A stretch of DNA of 64,000 bases from Nannocystis bainbridge (GCF_028368995.1 NZ_JAQNDL010000001.1:3200001-3264000), one strand, 5' to 3'. Shown: positions 1 through 9,474, counted from the first letter of the stretch. Translations and numbers: made by a program. Notes: generated by a model from the sequence alone, not told the origin.

Positions 1-1
1 C

Positions 2-466
2 TTCATCAAGGTGCTCGACTTCGGCGTGTCGAGCTTCGGCGGTCGCGTCGCCGTGACGCGCGGCAGCGACGGCCGCCGCACCTCGGGCCCGGTGATCGGC
101 ACGCCCGGCTACATGCCGCAGGAGCAGCTGCGCGGCGGACCGTACGACCACCGCGTCGACATCTTCGCCCTCGGCGTGCTGATGTTCCGCCTGCTCACCG
201 ACAAGATGCCGTACTCCGGCGGCAGCCTGTTCGTCCCGCGCCGCCCCACGAGCGGCCCGATCGCCCTCCGCCGCGCCGCCCCGGCCGTCGAGATCCCCGA
301 CGCCTTCGAGGCGGTCATCCTCAAGTCCGTCGCCAGCGACCCCGCCGAGCGCTACCCGAGCGCGGCGGAGATGCTGGCGGCCCTGCGCGCCGTCGCCGAC
401 ACGCCCTGGGCGCCCCGCCTCGCCCGCGACCCGCTGGCCTGGGGCGAGCGCTCCTCGGCGGCCTGA
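2..466 (+). CDS. Ser/Thr protein kinase, C-terminal part (5' end outside window)
   Basis: Frame is open from the window edge: IKVLDFG, GTPGYMPQEQ, DIFALG, DPAERY kinase subdomains VII-XI. Confidence 0.85.
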   Translation, partial: FIKVLDFGVSSFGGRVAVTRGSDGRRTSGPVIGTPGYMPQEQLRGGPYDHRVDIFALGVLMFRLLTDKMPYSGGSLFVPRRPTSGPIALRRAAPAVEIPDAFEAVILKSVASDPAERYPSAAEMLAALRAVADTPWAPRLARDPLAWGERSSAA

Positions 467-484
467 GCCGCCCGAACGCCGAGC

Positions 485-513
485 GCAGCCTGTATTTTAA
501 AAATACAGGCTGC
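485..513. promoter_or_regulatory. Perfect 14-bp inverted repeat (terminator or operator)
   Basis: GCAGCCTGTATTTT-A-AAAATACAGGCTGC between convergent genes; AT-rich centre in a GC-rich background. Confidence 0.5.
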
Positions 514-539
514 TCTTGTGTCGCGTGTCACGATGAGCC

Positions 540-645
540 TGTCCTTCGGGACAGGCTTTTCTCGCGTCGAGCTTCTTGGAAGCCTGTCCTTCGGGACATG
601 CTGCTTCTTGCGTGGCCCGAAATGATGGCCATGTCCCTTCGGACA
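540..645. repeat. Cluster of TGTCC-N4-GGACA palindromes
   Basis: TGTCCTTCGGGACA at 540-553 and 585-598; TGTCCCTTCGGACA at 632-645. Confidence 0.85.
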
Positions 646-687
646 TCTCACGCTCGTCGCAGACGGACGCGGGAGCGAGCGAGCCGC

Positions 688-1101
688 TCACGCCGGCGAG
701 ATCAGCTCGTCGTAGCCGCGGCCCTTGAACTGCAGGATGCACACCCCGTGGCCCCACGGGTCGGCGAGCAGCGCCATCCGGCCCCACACCGCGTCGCGGA
801 TCGGCCCCTCGACCGTGGCGCCCTCGACCTGCGCCCGCGCGAGCGCCGGCTCGAGCGCGTCGACCACGACATCGAGGTGCACCGGCGTCCAGTGGCGCCG
901 ATAGTCGCGCCCGACCGGCGCATCCGGCCAGGCCGGCGAATCGACCGGTTTCTGCAGCAGATACAGCGGCACGCCCGCGCCGAGCAGCTCGACGCCCCCG
1001 CCGCCGAACCGCCGCCCCGCGGTGAAGCCGAACGCGCGCACGTAAAACGCCTCGGCAGCAGAGACATCAGGCACATCGATGTTGACGAGCAAGTTGGGCA
1101 T
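688..1101 (-). CDS. VOC/glyoxalase family protein
   Basis: NIDVPDVSAAEAFY, VHLDVVVD, WGRMALLADPWGHGVC pattern; ATG at 1101. Confidence 0.85.
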   Translation of the reverse strand: MPNLLVNIDVPDVSAAEAFYVRAFGFTAGRRFGGGGVELLGAGVPLYLLQKPVDSPAWPDAPVGRDYRRHWTPVHLDVVVDALEPALARAQVEGATVEGPIRDAVWGRMALLADPWGHGVCILQFKGRGYDELISPA

Positions 1102-1256
1102 CTTTGCCTCCTGCGGAAAAGAGTTCGCGCAGAGGGTATCGCAAGCGGTGCGCGGGTCCACGCCCAATGCCTGCTTCCTGACCCCCGTCGCATCATTCGA
1201 TGGTCAGCGGGATCGTGACACCGCTAATCCTGGACCGCGCCGGCCCACCGAGCGCT

Positions 1257-2945
1257 TCAGGCTCGGGCGCCCAGATGCGGCCGCGCCTGCGCGTAGCACC
1301 ACGCCAGCACCAGCAACAGCGGCACCAGGCTGAGCGGGCCTGGCAGCCCGAGCATTCGCCCGAGGTTCGCCGGCCCGGTGTAGCCGGTGTCCGTCGCCCA
1401 GATCCGCGGCCACGCGTGGCCCCACAGCGGGTCGCCGAACTGCGGCGCCTCCGGGGCCGACGCTGCCAGCAGCAGCGTCAATGCACCCGACAGCAGCGCC
1501 AGGCCCAGCACTGCCCGCGGCACCGCGCGGATCGCCGGCGCCAGCGCCAGCGCCAGGAACGGCAGCATCGGCACGCAGTGGCGCGGGCCGATCGCCGCCC
1601 CGCCGTCCCACATGTAATAGCCGGCGTTGAGCGCCAGGTAGAAGCCGATCACCCCCAGGCACACCGCAGCGACCTGCCTCACCGGCCATGTCCCCGAGGA
1701 CCTGCTCCATGGGCCAGGTGGCCAGCCGCGCAGCTCGCACGCCAGCCCCCACGGCGCCAGCAGCAGCACCGGCGCCAGGTAGAACAGCCCGCGGAACGCC
1801 CCGAACAGCAGCTCCAGCAGCACCCCGGGGTCCGGCGCGTGGATGCCGTAGTTGACGCGCATGCCCTCGGCGAACTCGGCCAGGTAGACGAAATCGTAGC
1901 CGGTCTTGAGCGGGCCGCCGAACGCCACCGAGTGGTAGATCGCCAGGGCGATCGCCGCCGGCGCCCCGCCGAGCGCCGCCACCACGGCGAAGCGGGTCCC
2001 GCGGCGCAGCCAGGCGAACAGCCACAGCAGCGCGACCGGGACCGCCGCCGGGTACTCGCACAGCACCGCCAGCCCGAGGCACATGCCCGTCCCGAAGGCC
2101 ATGGCTGTTCGACCATGTCCCAAGAGGATGCCGGCGAACCCGAGCAGCAGCAGGTCGGCGCACAGCTGGTGGCCGTAGAGCGCCGAGCCGTAGATCAGCG
2201 CCGGGGTCGCCAGCGCGTAGGTCGCCGCCAGCAGCAGCGCCCCGGCGCGGTCGCCGAGGCGGCGCAGCGCCAGCAGGTACAGCGCCAGCGCGCCGAGCAC
2301 CGCGAACACCCCGACCGAGCCCACGCGGCTGACGTACAGCGCGGTCCGGTAGGCCTGGTTGTAGAACAGCCGGTCGCCGGGACGGCGGGCCGCCGGGTCG
2401 CGGTTGGGGTCGCGCGGGTCGAGCGGGACCAGACGGACCTCGGGCGCGTCGGCGCCGACCAGCCGCCCGGCCCCGTAGTAGAGCGCGTAGGCGGGCGCCG
2501 CCAGCAGCGACGTGCCGGGCGCCTTGTCGCTGTAGAAGTGGCCGTCCCGCTGGCTCTTGTCGCCGGTGGTCGCGTGGTAGTCGTCGATGATCGTCGTGCC
2601 CTGCTCGACCAGCGCGCGCGTCAGGGCCAGGCGCGAGTTCTGGTTCCACGCGGGCGGGCCCGAGAAGTACGAGGTCGCGGCGAACACCGCCACGGCGAGC
2701 GGCACCAGCACCGGCGCCTCCGCTCGCACGCTGGCCCGCAGGCTGTCGCCGCGCTCATTGCCTGCGTCGCCGGAGGCTGGCGCTTCGACGTCCGGGCCGC
2801 GCCCTTCGGAACATGTCGCTTCGGACATGTCCTCTCGAACATCTCCGACACTCCACCCCGGGCCTCCCGCCCCTGCCCCTTCGGACAGGCCCTCCGAGCC
2901 TTGCCCGGGGCGGCCCGGGTCGCCGGAGCCTGGCCCTGCGGACAT
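1257..2945 (-). CDS. Polytopic membrane protein, GT-C/PMT-like glycosyltransferase candidate
   Basis: Many hydrophobic segments; NQNSRLAL, FYSDKAPG, WDGGAAIGPRH. Start uncertain (2945 or 2828). Confidence 0.7.
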   Translation of the reverse strand: MSAGPGSGDPGRPGQGSEGLSEGAGAGGPGWSVGDVREDMSEATCSEGRGPDVEAPASGDAGNERGDSLRASVRAEAPVLVPLAVAVFAATSYFSGPPAWNQNSRLALTRALVEQGTTIIDDYHATTGDKSQRDGHFYSDKAPGTSLLAAPAYALYYGAGRLVGADAPEVRLVPLDPRDPNRDPAARRPGDRLFYNQAYRTALYVSRVGSVGVFAVLGALALYLLALRRLGDRAGALLLAATYALATPALIYGSALYGHQLCADLLLLGFAGILLGHGRTAMAFGTGMCLGLAVLCEYPAAVPVALLWLFAWLRRGTRFAVVAALGGAPAAIALAIYHSVAFGGPLKTGYDFVYLAEFAEGMRVNYGIHAPDPGVLLELLFGAFRGLFYLAPVLLLAPWGLACELRGWPPGPWSRSSGTWPVRQVAAVCLGVIGFYLALNAGYYMWDGGAAIGPRHCVPMLPFLALALAPAIRAVPRAVLGLALLSGALTLLLAASAPEAPQFGDPLWGHAWPRIWATDTGYTGPANLGRMLGLPGPLSLVPLLLVLAWCYAQARPHLGARA

Positions 2946-2950
2946 GTCTC

Positions 2951-3898
2951 TCAGGCCTGCGCCCGGGCGCTGGCCTCGACCACCAGCGCCCCGAGCTCTT
3001 GCTGGGCCCGCTCCGCGGCGGACGCCTCGGGGCACTGGGCCAGGCGCTGCAGCACCTGGTAGGCCCCGGCGTAGCGGCGGGCCGGGTCGCGATCGAGGTT
3101 CTTGCGCACGATCTCGGCCAGCTTGGCCGACAGCCCGGGCAGGCGGCGGCTCGGGTGACCGGCGTCGAACTTGACGATCGCGTCCATCGTCTTGAGGTCG
3201 TCGTCGGCCTTGAAGCAGCGCTGGCCCTTCAGCATCTCCCACAGCATCACGGCCAGGCCGAAGATGTCCGAAGAGACAGTCGCGGCCGCCGTCCCGACCA
3301 CCCGCTCCGGGGCCATGTACGCCTTCGAGCCGGCCTGCGACATGTCGCTCTCGCGGGCCAGCCAGATGCTGGTCGCCGAGTTGTAATCGGCCAGCATGAC
3401 CTGGCCGGTGCGCGACAGCAGCACGTTGGCCGGGCAGATGTCGCGGTGGACCACGCCCAGCTCGACCAGCTTGCCCTTGTCCTCGGCCTCGGCGGTGTGC
3501 ACGTGGTGCAGCGCGTCGGCCAGCTGGCCCATGATGTAGACCGCGATCTCTTTGCTGACGCCGCGCGGATGGCCGACGTCGTGGCCGAGCAGCACGCTCA
3601 GGTCGCAGCCGTCGATCGCGTCGAGGACGAGATAGCGCACGCCGTTCTGCGCGCCCTCGCCGTGCGCGCTCGGGATGCCCGGGTGATTGAACGACTGATA
3701 GAGCCGGATCTCGTGCTCGAATTGAGCGGCCAATATCGCGTGCTCCGGGCCCGAGCCGGACGGCAGCAGCTTGACGACGTAGGACGGCGGCGCTGTCTGC
3801 GGGTCGTCCTCGTGGCGCGCGAGGAACAGGTGGAACACCGAGCTGCGCACCGCGAGCGGCCGGACCAGACGGAACTTGCCGAGACTCTGGAGCTCCAT
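2951..3898 (-). CDS. Ser/Thr kinase-fold protein with atypical motifs (possible pseudokinase)
   Basis: VVKLL, HRDICPANVLL, YMAPE, SDIFGL present; DFG replaced by DYN; no Gly-rich loop. Confidence 0.8.
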   Translation of the reverse strand: MELQSLGKFRLVRPLAVRSSVFHLFLARHEDDPQTAPPSYVVKLLPSGSGPEHAILAAQFEHEIRLYQSFNHPGIPSAHGEGAQNGVRYLVLDAIDGCDLSVLLGHDVGHPRGVSKEIAVYIMGQLADALHHVHTAEAEDKGKLVELGVVHRDICPANVLLSRTGQVMLADYNSATSIWLARESDMSQAGSKAYMAPERVVGTAAATVSSDIFGLAVMLWEMLKGQRCFKADDDLKTMDAIVKFDAGHPSRRLPGLSAKLAEIVRKNLDRDPARRYAGAYQVLQRLAQCPEASAAERAQQELGALVVEASARAQA

Positions 3899-3986
3899 GG
3901 GCGAGCTGAGTGTGCCGCCCGCAGATCCGCGTGTCCATCGCCGAGTGCGAGGCGCCGCCCGCCCGGACCTGCTACAAGAGCGGCCC

Positions 3987-5321
3987 ATGTCATCGCCCCC
4001 GCGAACGCCGCTCGTGGTGCTGGGAGCCGGCCTGACCGGGCTCTCGGCGGCCTGGCACGCGCGCGGGCCGGTGCTGGTGGTCGAGCGCGAGGCTCGCGTC
4101 GGCGGCCACGCCCGCAGCCACCGCCGCGACGGCTTCACGTTCGACGTCACCGGGCACTGGCTGCACCTGCGCGACCCGTCGGTGCGGGCGCTCGTCGAGG
4201 GTCTGTTCGGGCCCGGCGAGCTCGCCAGCGTGGCGCGCCGCACCTGCATCCACAGCCACGGCGTGCAGCTGCCGTACCCGTTCCAGGCCAACCTTCACGG
4301 CCTGCCGCTCGAGGTCGTGCAGGAGTGTCTGGTCGGCTACGTGGCGGCGCGCGAGCAGGCGGCGACGGGCGCGCCGGAGCCGCAGAGCTTCGTCGGCTAC
4401 GCCGAGGCTCGCTTCGGCGCGGGGATCGCCAAGCACTTCTTCGTCCCGTACAACCGCAAGTTGTGGGGTGAGCACCTCGAACGGCTGACCGCCGAGTGGG
4501 TCTCGCGCTACATCCCGGTCCCCGACACCGCGCAGGTGATCGGCGGCGCCATCGGCCTGGCGCAGGAGGGCCTCGGCTACAACGCCAGCTTCCTCGTCCC
4601 GACGGCCGGGGGCATCGACGCGGTGCCGGAGCGAATGCGCGCGGGCCTCGCCGAGCGGCCCGAGGTCGAGCTGCGGCTCGGCAGCGACATCGACGAGGTC
4701 GACGTCGTCGGTCGACGTCTCAAGCTCGCCGCCGAGGCCGACTGGCGCAGCTACGACGCCCTCGTCTCGAGCATCCCGTTGCCCGAGCTCGTGCGCCGGA
4801 TCCCCGCCGCGCCGGACGACGTCCGCGACGCCGCCGGCGCCCTCCGCTACGTCCGCTGGCGCTACCTCGACATCGCCGTCGGCGCCCCGCCGCCGAGCGA
4901 CTATCACTGGGTCTACGTGCCCGAGCCGCGCCTGCCGTTCTTCCGCGTCGGCGTCTACTCGAACGCCGCCCCGCGCATGGCCCCTCCGGGCTGCAGCGGG
5001 CTCTACGTCGAGCTGAACGAGCGGACAGGTCCGATCGACCTCGCCGCCGTCTACGCCGGCCTCGTCGAGGTCGGCGCGCTGCGGGCCGCGGAGGACGTCC
5101 GCTTCGTCGAGGTCCGCGTCGTCGAGCACGCCTACGTCGTCTTCGACGCCGCCTACGCCGCCGCGCGGGCCACCGTCCTCGGCTGGCTCGAAGGCCAGGC
5201 CATCCTCAGCTGCGGCCGCTACGGCGGGTGGATCTACAACAGCATGGAAGACTGTCTGCTGGCCGGGCGCGCGGCGAGCGAGTGGGCGGCCGCGCGGCTC
5301 GCCGGACAGGAGCCGCGATGA
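3987..5321 (+). CDS. FAD-dependent oxidoreductase (protoporphyrinogen oxidase/UDP-galactopyranose mutase-like)
   Basis: GAGLTGL dinucleotide fold, GGHARS...GFTFD, YNRKLWG, C-terminal GRYGGW. Confidence 0.85.
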   Translation: MSSPPRTPLVVLGAGLTGLSAAWHARGPVLVVEREARVGGHARSHRRDGFTFDVTGHWLHLRDPSVRALVEGLFGPGELASVARRTCIHSHGVQLPYPFQANLHGLPLEVVQECLVGYVAAREQAATGAPEPQSFVGYAEARFGAGIAKHFFVPYNRKLWGEHLERLTAEWVSRYIPVPDTAQVIGGAIGLAQEGLGYNASFLVPTAGGIDAVPERMRAGLAERPEVELRLGSDIDEVDVVGRRLKLAAEADWRSYDALVSSIPLPELVRRIPAAPDDVRDAAGALRYVRWRYLDIAVGAPPPSDYHWVYVPEPRLPFFRVGVYSNAAPRMAPPGCSGLYVELNERTGPIDLAAVYAGLVEVGALRAAEDVRFVEVRVVEHAYVVFDAAYAAARATVLGWLEGQAILSCGRYGGWIYNSMEDCLLAGRAASEWAAARLAGQEPR

Positions 5322-6052
5322 ACGCCACGGCTGCACCCGAGGTCAGCATCGTCATCCCCGTCTACAACGAAGAGGCGATCCTCCGCGACAGCGTCCTCGA
5401 GCTGGTGCGAGGCCTCGACGCCGAGGGGCGAGACTTCGAGCTGTGGCTGGCGGAGAACGGCAGCCGCGACCGCACGCGCGAGCTCGCCGCCGAGCTCGCC
5501 GCGCTCGATCCGCGGGTGAAGTGGTTCTCGTGCCCGGCGCCGAATTACGGGGCCGCGCTGCGCATGGCGATCGAGCAAGCGGCGGGTCGCTTCGTGATCT
5601 GCGAAGAGATCGATCTGTGCGACCTCGATTTCCACCGGCGCGCGCTGGCGCTGCTGCGCGCCGGCACGGCCGACCTCGTGGTGGGTTCGAAGGCGATGGC
5701 GGGCGCGCATGATCGCCGGCCGCTCGGTCGCCGCGCCGCCACGCGGGCCTACAATGGGCTCTTGCGGGTCACGCTCGGTTACCGCGGCACCGACACGCAC
5801 GGGCTCAAGGCGTTTCGCCGCGCCGCGCTGTTGCCGGTGGTCGCCCGCTGCATCGTCGGCCACGACGTGTTCGCCTCGGAGCTGGTGATCCGGGCCCAGC
5901 GCGAGGGCGTGCCGATCACCGAGATCCCCGTCGAGCTGGAAGAGAAGCGCGCGCCGTCGATCCACCTGGCGCGGCGGGTGCCGCGGGTGCTGAAGAACCT
6001 GGCGCGACTGATGGCCGCGATCCACCTCGGACGCGGCGCCAAGGAGCGGTGA
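5318..6052 (+). CDS. GT2 glycosyltransferase (polyprenol-phosphate glycosyltransferase-like)
   Basis: VSIVIPVYNEE, ENGSRDRT, DTHGLKAFR; ATGA overlap with the upstream gene. Confidence 0.88.
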   Translation: MNATAAPEVSIVIPVYNEEAILRDSVLELVRGLDAEGRDFELWLAENGSRDRTRELAAELAALDPRVKWFSCPAPNYGAALRMAIEQAAGRFVICEEIDLCDLDFHRRALALLRAGTADLVVGSKAMAGAHDRRPLGRRAATRAYNGLLRVTLGYRGTDTHGLKAFRRAALLPVVARCIVGHDVFASELVIRAQREGVPITEIPVELEEKRAPSIHLARRVPRVLKNLARLMAAIHLGRGAKER

Positions 6053-6945
6053 TGACGACCGAGCTGCGCGGTACGATCCTCAGCGTCGACCTCGACGACC
6101 TCGCCTGCTACCACGCGATCCACGGCCTGCCGCCGCCGACGCCCGAGCAGGCCGACGTGGTGCTCGGGCGCTGCCTGCCGCGCTTCCTCCGGCTGTTCGG
6201 CGAGACCGGCGCGCGCGCCACCTTCTTCGTGGTCGGCCGCGACCTCGAGCGCGACATGCAGGGCCCCGGCCACGGCGCCGCGCTGCTCGGCCTCGCCGCG
6301 CAGTCGGGGCACGAGCTCGGCAACCACAGCTACAGCCACGCCTACGACCTCGTCGACTGGCCTTCGGGACAGGTCTATCAGGACCTGCGGCGCTGCGACG
6401 ACCTGCTGCGCAAGCTCGGCGCCGAGCCGCGGGGCTTCCGTGCGCCGGGCTACAGCCACGACGAGCTGCTCCTGCAGCAGGCCGGCGCGCTCGGCTACCG
6501 CTACGACAGCTCGCTGCTGCCGTCGCTGCCGTACTACGCGGCCAAGCTGGCGGCCATGGCGTGGATCCGTGTGCGCGGGCGGCGGTCGCAGTCGCGGGCC
6601 CGCGGGCTGCGGAGCTTCGTCGGCCCGGCGCATCCCTACTACCGGGCGGACGTCGGGATGTGGGAGGTGCCGATCAGCGTCAGCCCGCTGCTGCGCCTGC
6701 CGATGGTCGGGACCTTCGTGCTGCGCGGCGGGCCGCTCTACCGCGAGGCGCTGCGGATCCCCGCGCTGCACCTCGAGCTGCACGCGCTCGATCTCGCCGA
6801 CCCCGACAACGACCCGATCGATCCCGCGCTGCGCAAGCGGCAGCCCGAGCTGCGGACCCCGCTCGAACAGCGGCTCGCGCGGCTGCGCGAGCTGATCAAA
6901 CAGCGGGGAGGGGCGACTTCGATCGCCGCCGCGTTCGGGTCCTAG
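6049..6945 (+). CDS. Polysaccharide deacetylase family protein
   Basis: LSVDLD, ATFFVVG, HELGNHSYSH, GFRAPG, YDSS motifs. Confidence 0.88.
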   Translation: MMTTELRGTILSVDLDDLACYHAIHGLPPPTPEQADVVLGRCLPRFLRLFGETGARATFFVVGRDLERDMQGPGHGAALLGLAAQSGHELGNHSYSHAYDLVDWPSGQVYQDLRRCDDLLRKLGAEPRGFRAPGYSHDELLLQQAGALGYRYDSSLLPSLPYYAAKLAAMAWIRVRGRRSQSRARGLRSFVGPAHPYYRADVGMWEVPISVSPLLRLPMVGTFVLRGGPLYREALRIPALHLELHALDLADPDNDPIDPALRKRQPELRTPLEQRLARLRELIKQRGGATSIAAAFGS

Positions 6946-7609
6946 AGTCCTCGCGGCGGACGGCCATGGTCGCCAGCGCGTCGGCCTCTTCGTTGCCCGG
7001 CTGGCCGGCGTGGCCGCGGACCTTGAGCAGCTCGACGCCAGTGAACTCGGCGAGCTTCTCTTTGATCTTCTCGATGAGCTCGAGATTGGCCTTGGCCTTC
7101 CAGCCGCCGACCAGCACGCCGAGGCTCCAGCCGCTGTCGGTAAAGAGGAGGACGTGCGCGTCCTTGTCCTCGGGGCGCAGCATTTCGAGCGCGCGCAGGA
7201 TGGCCGTCAGCTCGGCGACGTTGTTGGTGCCCTCGCCGATGAACTCACTGTGCTCGACCGCCTCCTCGCCGCGCTCGATGAGCACGCCGATGCCGGCCGG
7301 GCCGGGGTTGCCGCTGCAGGCGCCGTCGGTATGGATGATGATGGTATCGTCCGTCGGCGCGCGCGTCGGCTCCTCGCGGACCACCTGAACCGTGGCGGCG
7401 GGGGTCGGAGTCCCCGAGAACGCGTCATCGGAGAGGATCTCGGTGTCATCCGGGATCTCGATGAGGTTGTCGGGCGTCGCGCGATACGACTTGCTGGCAC
7501 CCAGGCGGTACCGCATCTCGATCCGGCCGCGATGAACGATGGGTTTGCCGGACGCGAGGACGCGGACGAACACCGTTTGATCCTTGAAAACGAAGCGTTT
7601 CCACGCCAT
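6896..7609 (-). CDS. rnhA: Ribonuclease HI with N-terminal extension
   Basis: TDGACSGNPGPAG, TNNVAEL, TDS, VRGHAG..GNEEADALA catalytic motifs. Confidence 0.9.
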   Translation of the reverse strand: MAWKRFVFKDQTVFVRVLASGKPIVHRGRIEMRYRLGASKSYRATPDNLIEIPDDTEILSDDAFSGTPTPAATVQVVREEPTRAPTDDTIIIHTDGACSGNPGPAGIGVLIERGEEAVEHSEFIGEGTNNVAELTAILRALEMLRPEDKDAHVLLFTDSGWSLGVLVGGWKAKANLELIEKIKEKLAEFTGVELLKVRGHAGQPGNEEADALATMAVRREDSRTRTRRRSKSPLPAV

Positions 7610-7753
7610 GTACGAGCTCCGACCAGGCCCCCCGGGAGGCCGCTGGTTGCGCTGCAGCCTACGGCCGCGCTGCAGAATTGGGCAGGTTGGATCACTGTCC
7701 GCCGACCGGCGGAAAGACACATCCTCACCCGGCCTGAGCCCGGGTTATTTTGG

Positions 7754-7782
7754 TTGATCGATTAAATTTCGTGGCGTATTAG
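7754..7782 (+). promoter_or_regulatory. Possible sigma70-type promoter for the 7792 gene (likely leaderless)
   Basis: TTGATC-17 nt-TATTAG in an AT-rich patch 9 nt before the ATG. Confidence 0.35.
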
Positions 7783-7791
7783 TGCCCCGTT

Positions 7792-8838
7792 ATGAAGCGG
7801 ACGATCCTCACGACCCTCGCTGCCACTGCGCTCCTCGCGATCCCCGCCTGCAAGGGCGGAGCGAGCGCCGCCGGCGGCAAGCTCATCCCCGAGCAAGCCA
7901 CCATCATGGCCGGCATCGACGTCGGCGGCTTGCTCAAGAGCAGGCTGTACGCCGACAACAAGGCTGTTGCCGAGTCGCAGGCCGGCTACAAGGACGTTGT
8001 TGAGGCCGCGAAGGCCTGCAACCTCGATCCCGAGAAGGCGATCACCTCTGTCCTGATCGGCACCGACGCGAAGGACGGCGTCGCGGTCGTGGTCACCGGC
8101 ACCGGTATCGGCGACGAGAAGAACCTGACCTGTATCGCCGACAAGGCCAAGGAGAAGAACGGCGGCAAGGTCCCGTTCACGATCGCCGACGAGGGCGGCA
8201 AGAAGACGCTGAAGATGGACGACGGCACCGGCTACATCGTCGACGCCGGCACGGTCGTGATCGCCAGCAAGCCGTGGGCCGCCGCGGTCAAGGATCTCGT
8301 CGATGGCAAGGGCAAGGCCGCCGTCGATGGTCCGCACAAGGATCTGTTCACCCGCGCCGACCAGAGCCGCCACATTTGGTTCGCGGGCGTCGCCCCCGAG
8401 CAGCTCGCCGGCATGGCCAAGGGCCAGGCGCAGGTCGACGTGAAGGACTTCTCGGGCTCGATCGACCTGAGCGACGGCCTCGGCGTCAAGCTCGCCGCCG
8501 GCCTCGGCTCGGCCGAGCAGGCCTCGGGCCTCAAGAAGAAGGCCGACGAGGCGCTGCCGATGGCGAAGATGGGCCTGGCGATGGTCGGCCTGCCCGCCAC
8601 GGTCGCCGACACCGTCAAGATCGACGCCAAGGACGCCCTCCTCACCTTCGAGATCTCGCTGAGCGCCAGCGACCTCAAGACCCTGCAGGAGAAGGCCGGC
8701 GGCCTCGGTGGCCTCGTCGGCGGTGGCGCTGGCGGCCCCCCCCCGGGTGAGCCGGCCCTCCCGCCCCCGGATGCCGCGCCGGCCGACCCGGCCGCGGTGC
8801 CGCCCCCGGCCGACCCGGCCGCCGCGCCCGCGCACTGA
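7792..8838 (+). CDS. Putative lipoprotein with Pro-rich C-terminus
   Basis: Signal peptide ending IPAC; strongly biased codon usage. Confidence 0.8.
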   Translation: MKRTILTTLAATALLAIPACKGGASAAGGKLIPEQATIMAGIDVGGLLKSRLYADNKAVAESQAGYKDVVEAAKACNLDPEKAITSVLIGTDAKDGVAVVVTGTGIGDEKNLTCIADKAKEKNGGKVPFTIADEGGKKTLKMDDGTGYIVDAGTVVIASKPWAAAVKDLVDGKGKAAVDGPHKDLFTRADQSRHIWFAGVAPEQLAGMAKGQAQVDVKDFSGSIDLSDGLGVKLAAGLGSAEQASGLKKKADEALPMAKMGLAMVGLPATVADTVKIDAKDALLTFEISLSASDLKTLQEKAGGLGGLVGGGAGGPPPGEPALPPPDAAPADPAAVPPPADPAAAPAH

Positions 8839-8887
8839 GCCGCGTCGCCGCGCGCTTGCGCCGCGGCCGTGGATCCTCTAAAGAGTC

Positions 8888-8929
8888 GCGACCCTCTCAA
8901 CCTTCCCGGTCGAGAGGGTCGCTCCTTTT
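8888..8929 (+). terminator. Rho-independent terminator
   Basis: GCGACCCTCTC/GAGAGGGTCGC stem followed by TCCTTTT. Confidence 0.65.
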
Positions 8930-9003
8930 CGGGCCTGCATCGTCAGGCCCGGAACCACCACCTTCGTAGCTGCTGATGGCGGCGAATATCGAGGCGGATC
9001 GTA

Positions 9004-9420
9004 ATGCCCAAGACCACACCCCTGCAAAACGTCAAGAAGCTCTTCGGATCCAAGGACCAGCTCGTCGCCCGCGTGGCCGAGCTCCTGCCCAGCGCCTTCT
9101 CGGGCGAGTCGGCCGAGGACTTCAAGAAGCGCCTGAAGTACGTCGCCAACAGCAAGCTGCTCCGCCTCATCGAGATCGGTGAGAAGGCCAAGAAGCTCGG
9201 CGGCGTCCAGGCCCTCGTCGACAAGATCGCCGAGCTCAAGGGCCAGGCCAAGGACAAGGACTTCAAGGCCGCGCTCGCCAAGTTCAGCGTGCCCAGCCTC
9301 GTCGACCTCCACCAGAGCCTCACCCGCAAGGGCAAGCAGGCCGAGAAGACCGAGAAGCCGGTCGAGGCCAAGGCCCCCAAGAAGGCCGAGGCGAAGAAGA
9401 CCGACAAGAAGAAGGCCTGA
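9004..9420 (+). CDS. Small Lys/Ala-rich basic protein
   Basis: 138 aa, high Lys content, KAPKKAEAKKTDKKKA tail, clean codon usage. Confidence 0.8.
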   Translation: MPKTTPLQNVKKLFGSKDQLVARVAELLPSAFSGESAEDFKKRLKYVANSKLLRLIEIGEKAKKLGGVQALVDKIAELKGQAKDKDFKAALAKFSVPSLVDLHQSLTRKGKQAEKTEKPVEAKAPKKAEAKKTDKKKA

Positions 9421-9448
9421 GGACCTGTCCTTCAGGACAGCCCTCGGG

Positions 9449-9474
9449 AGGGCCGCGGCACACGCCGCGGCCCT
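9449..9474. terminator. GC hairpin between convergent genes
   Basis: AGGGCCGCGGC/GCCGCGGCCCT 11-bp stem, flanked by palindrome copies at 9426-9439 and 9514-9527. Confidence 0.55.

Noticed and set aside
1257-3938. 893-aa fused ORF
   Set aside because: The upstream part overlaps the kinase gene in another frame; the membrane protein starts at or after 2945.
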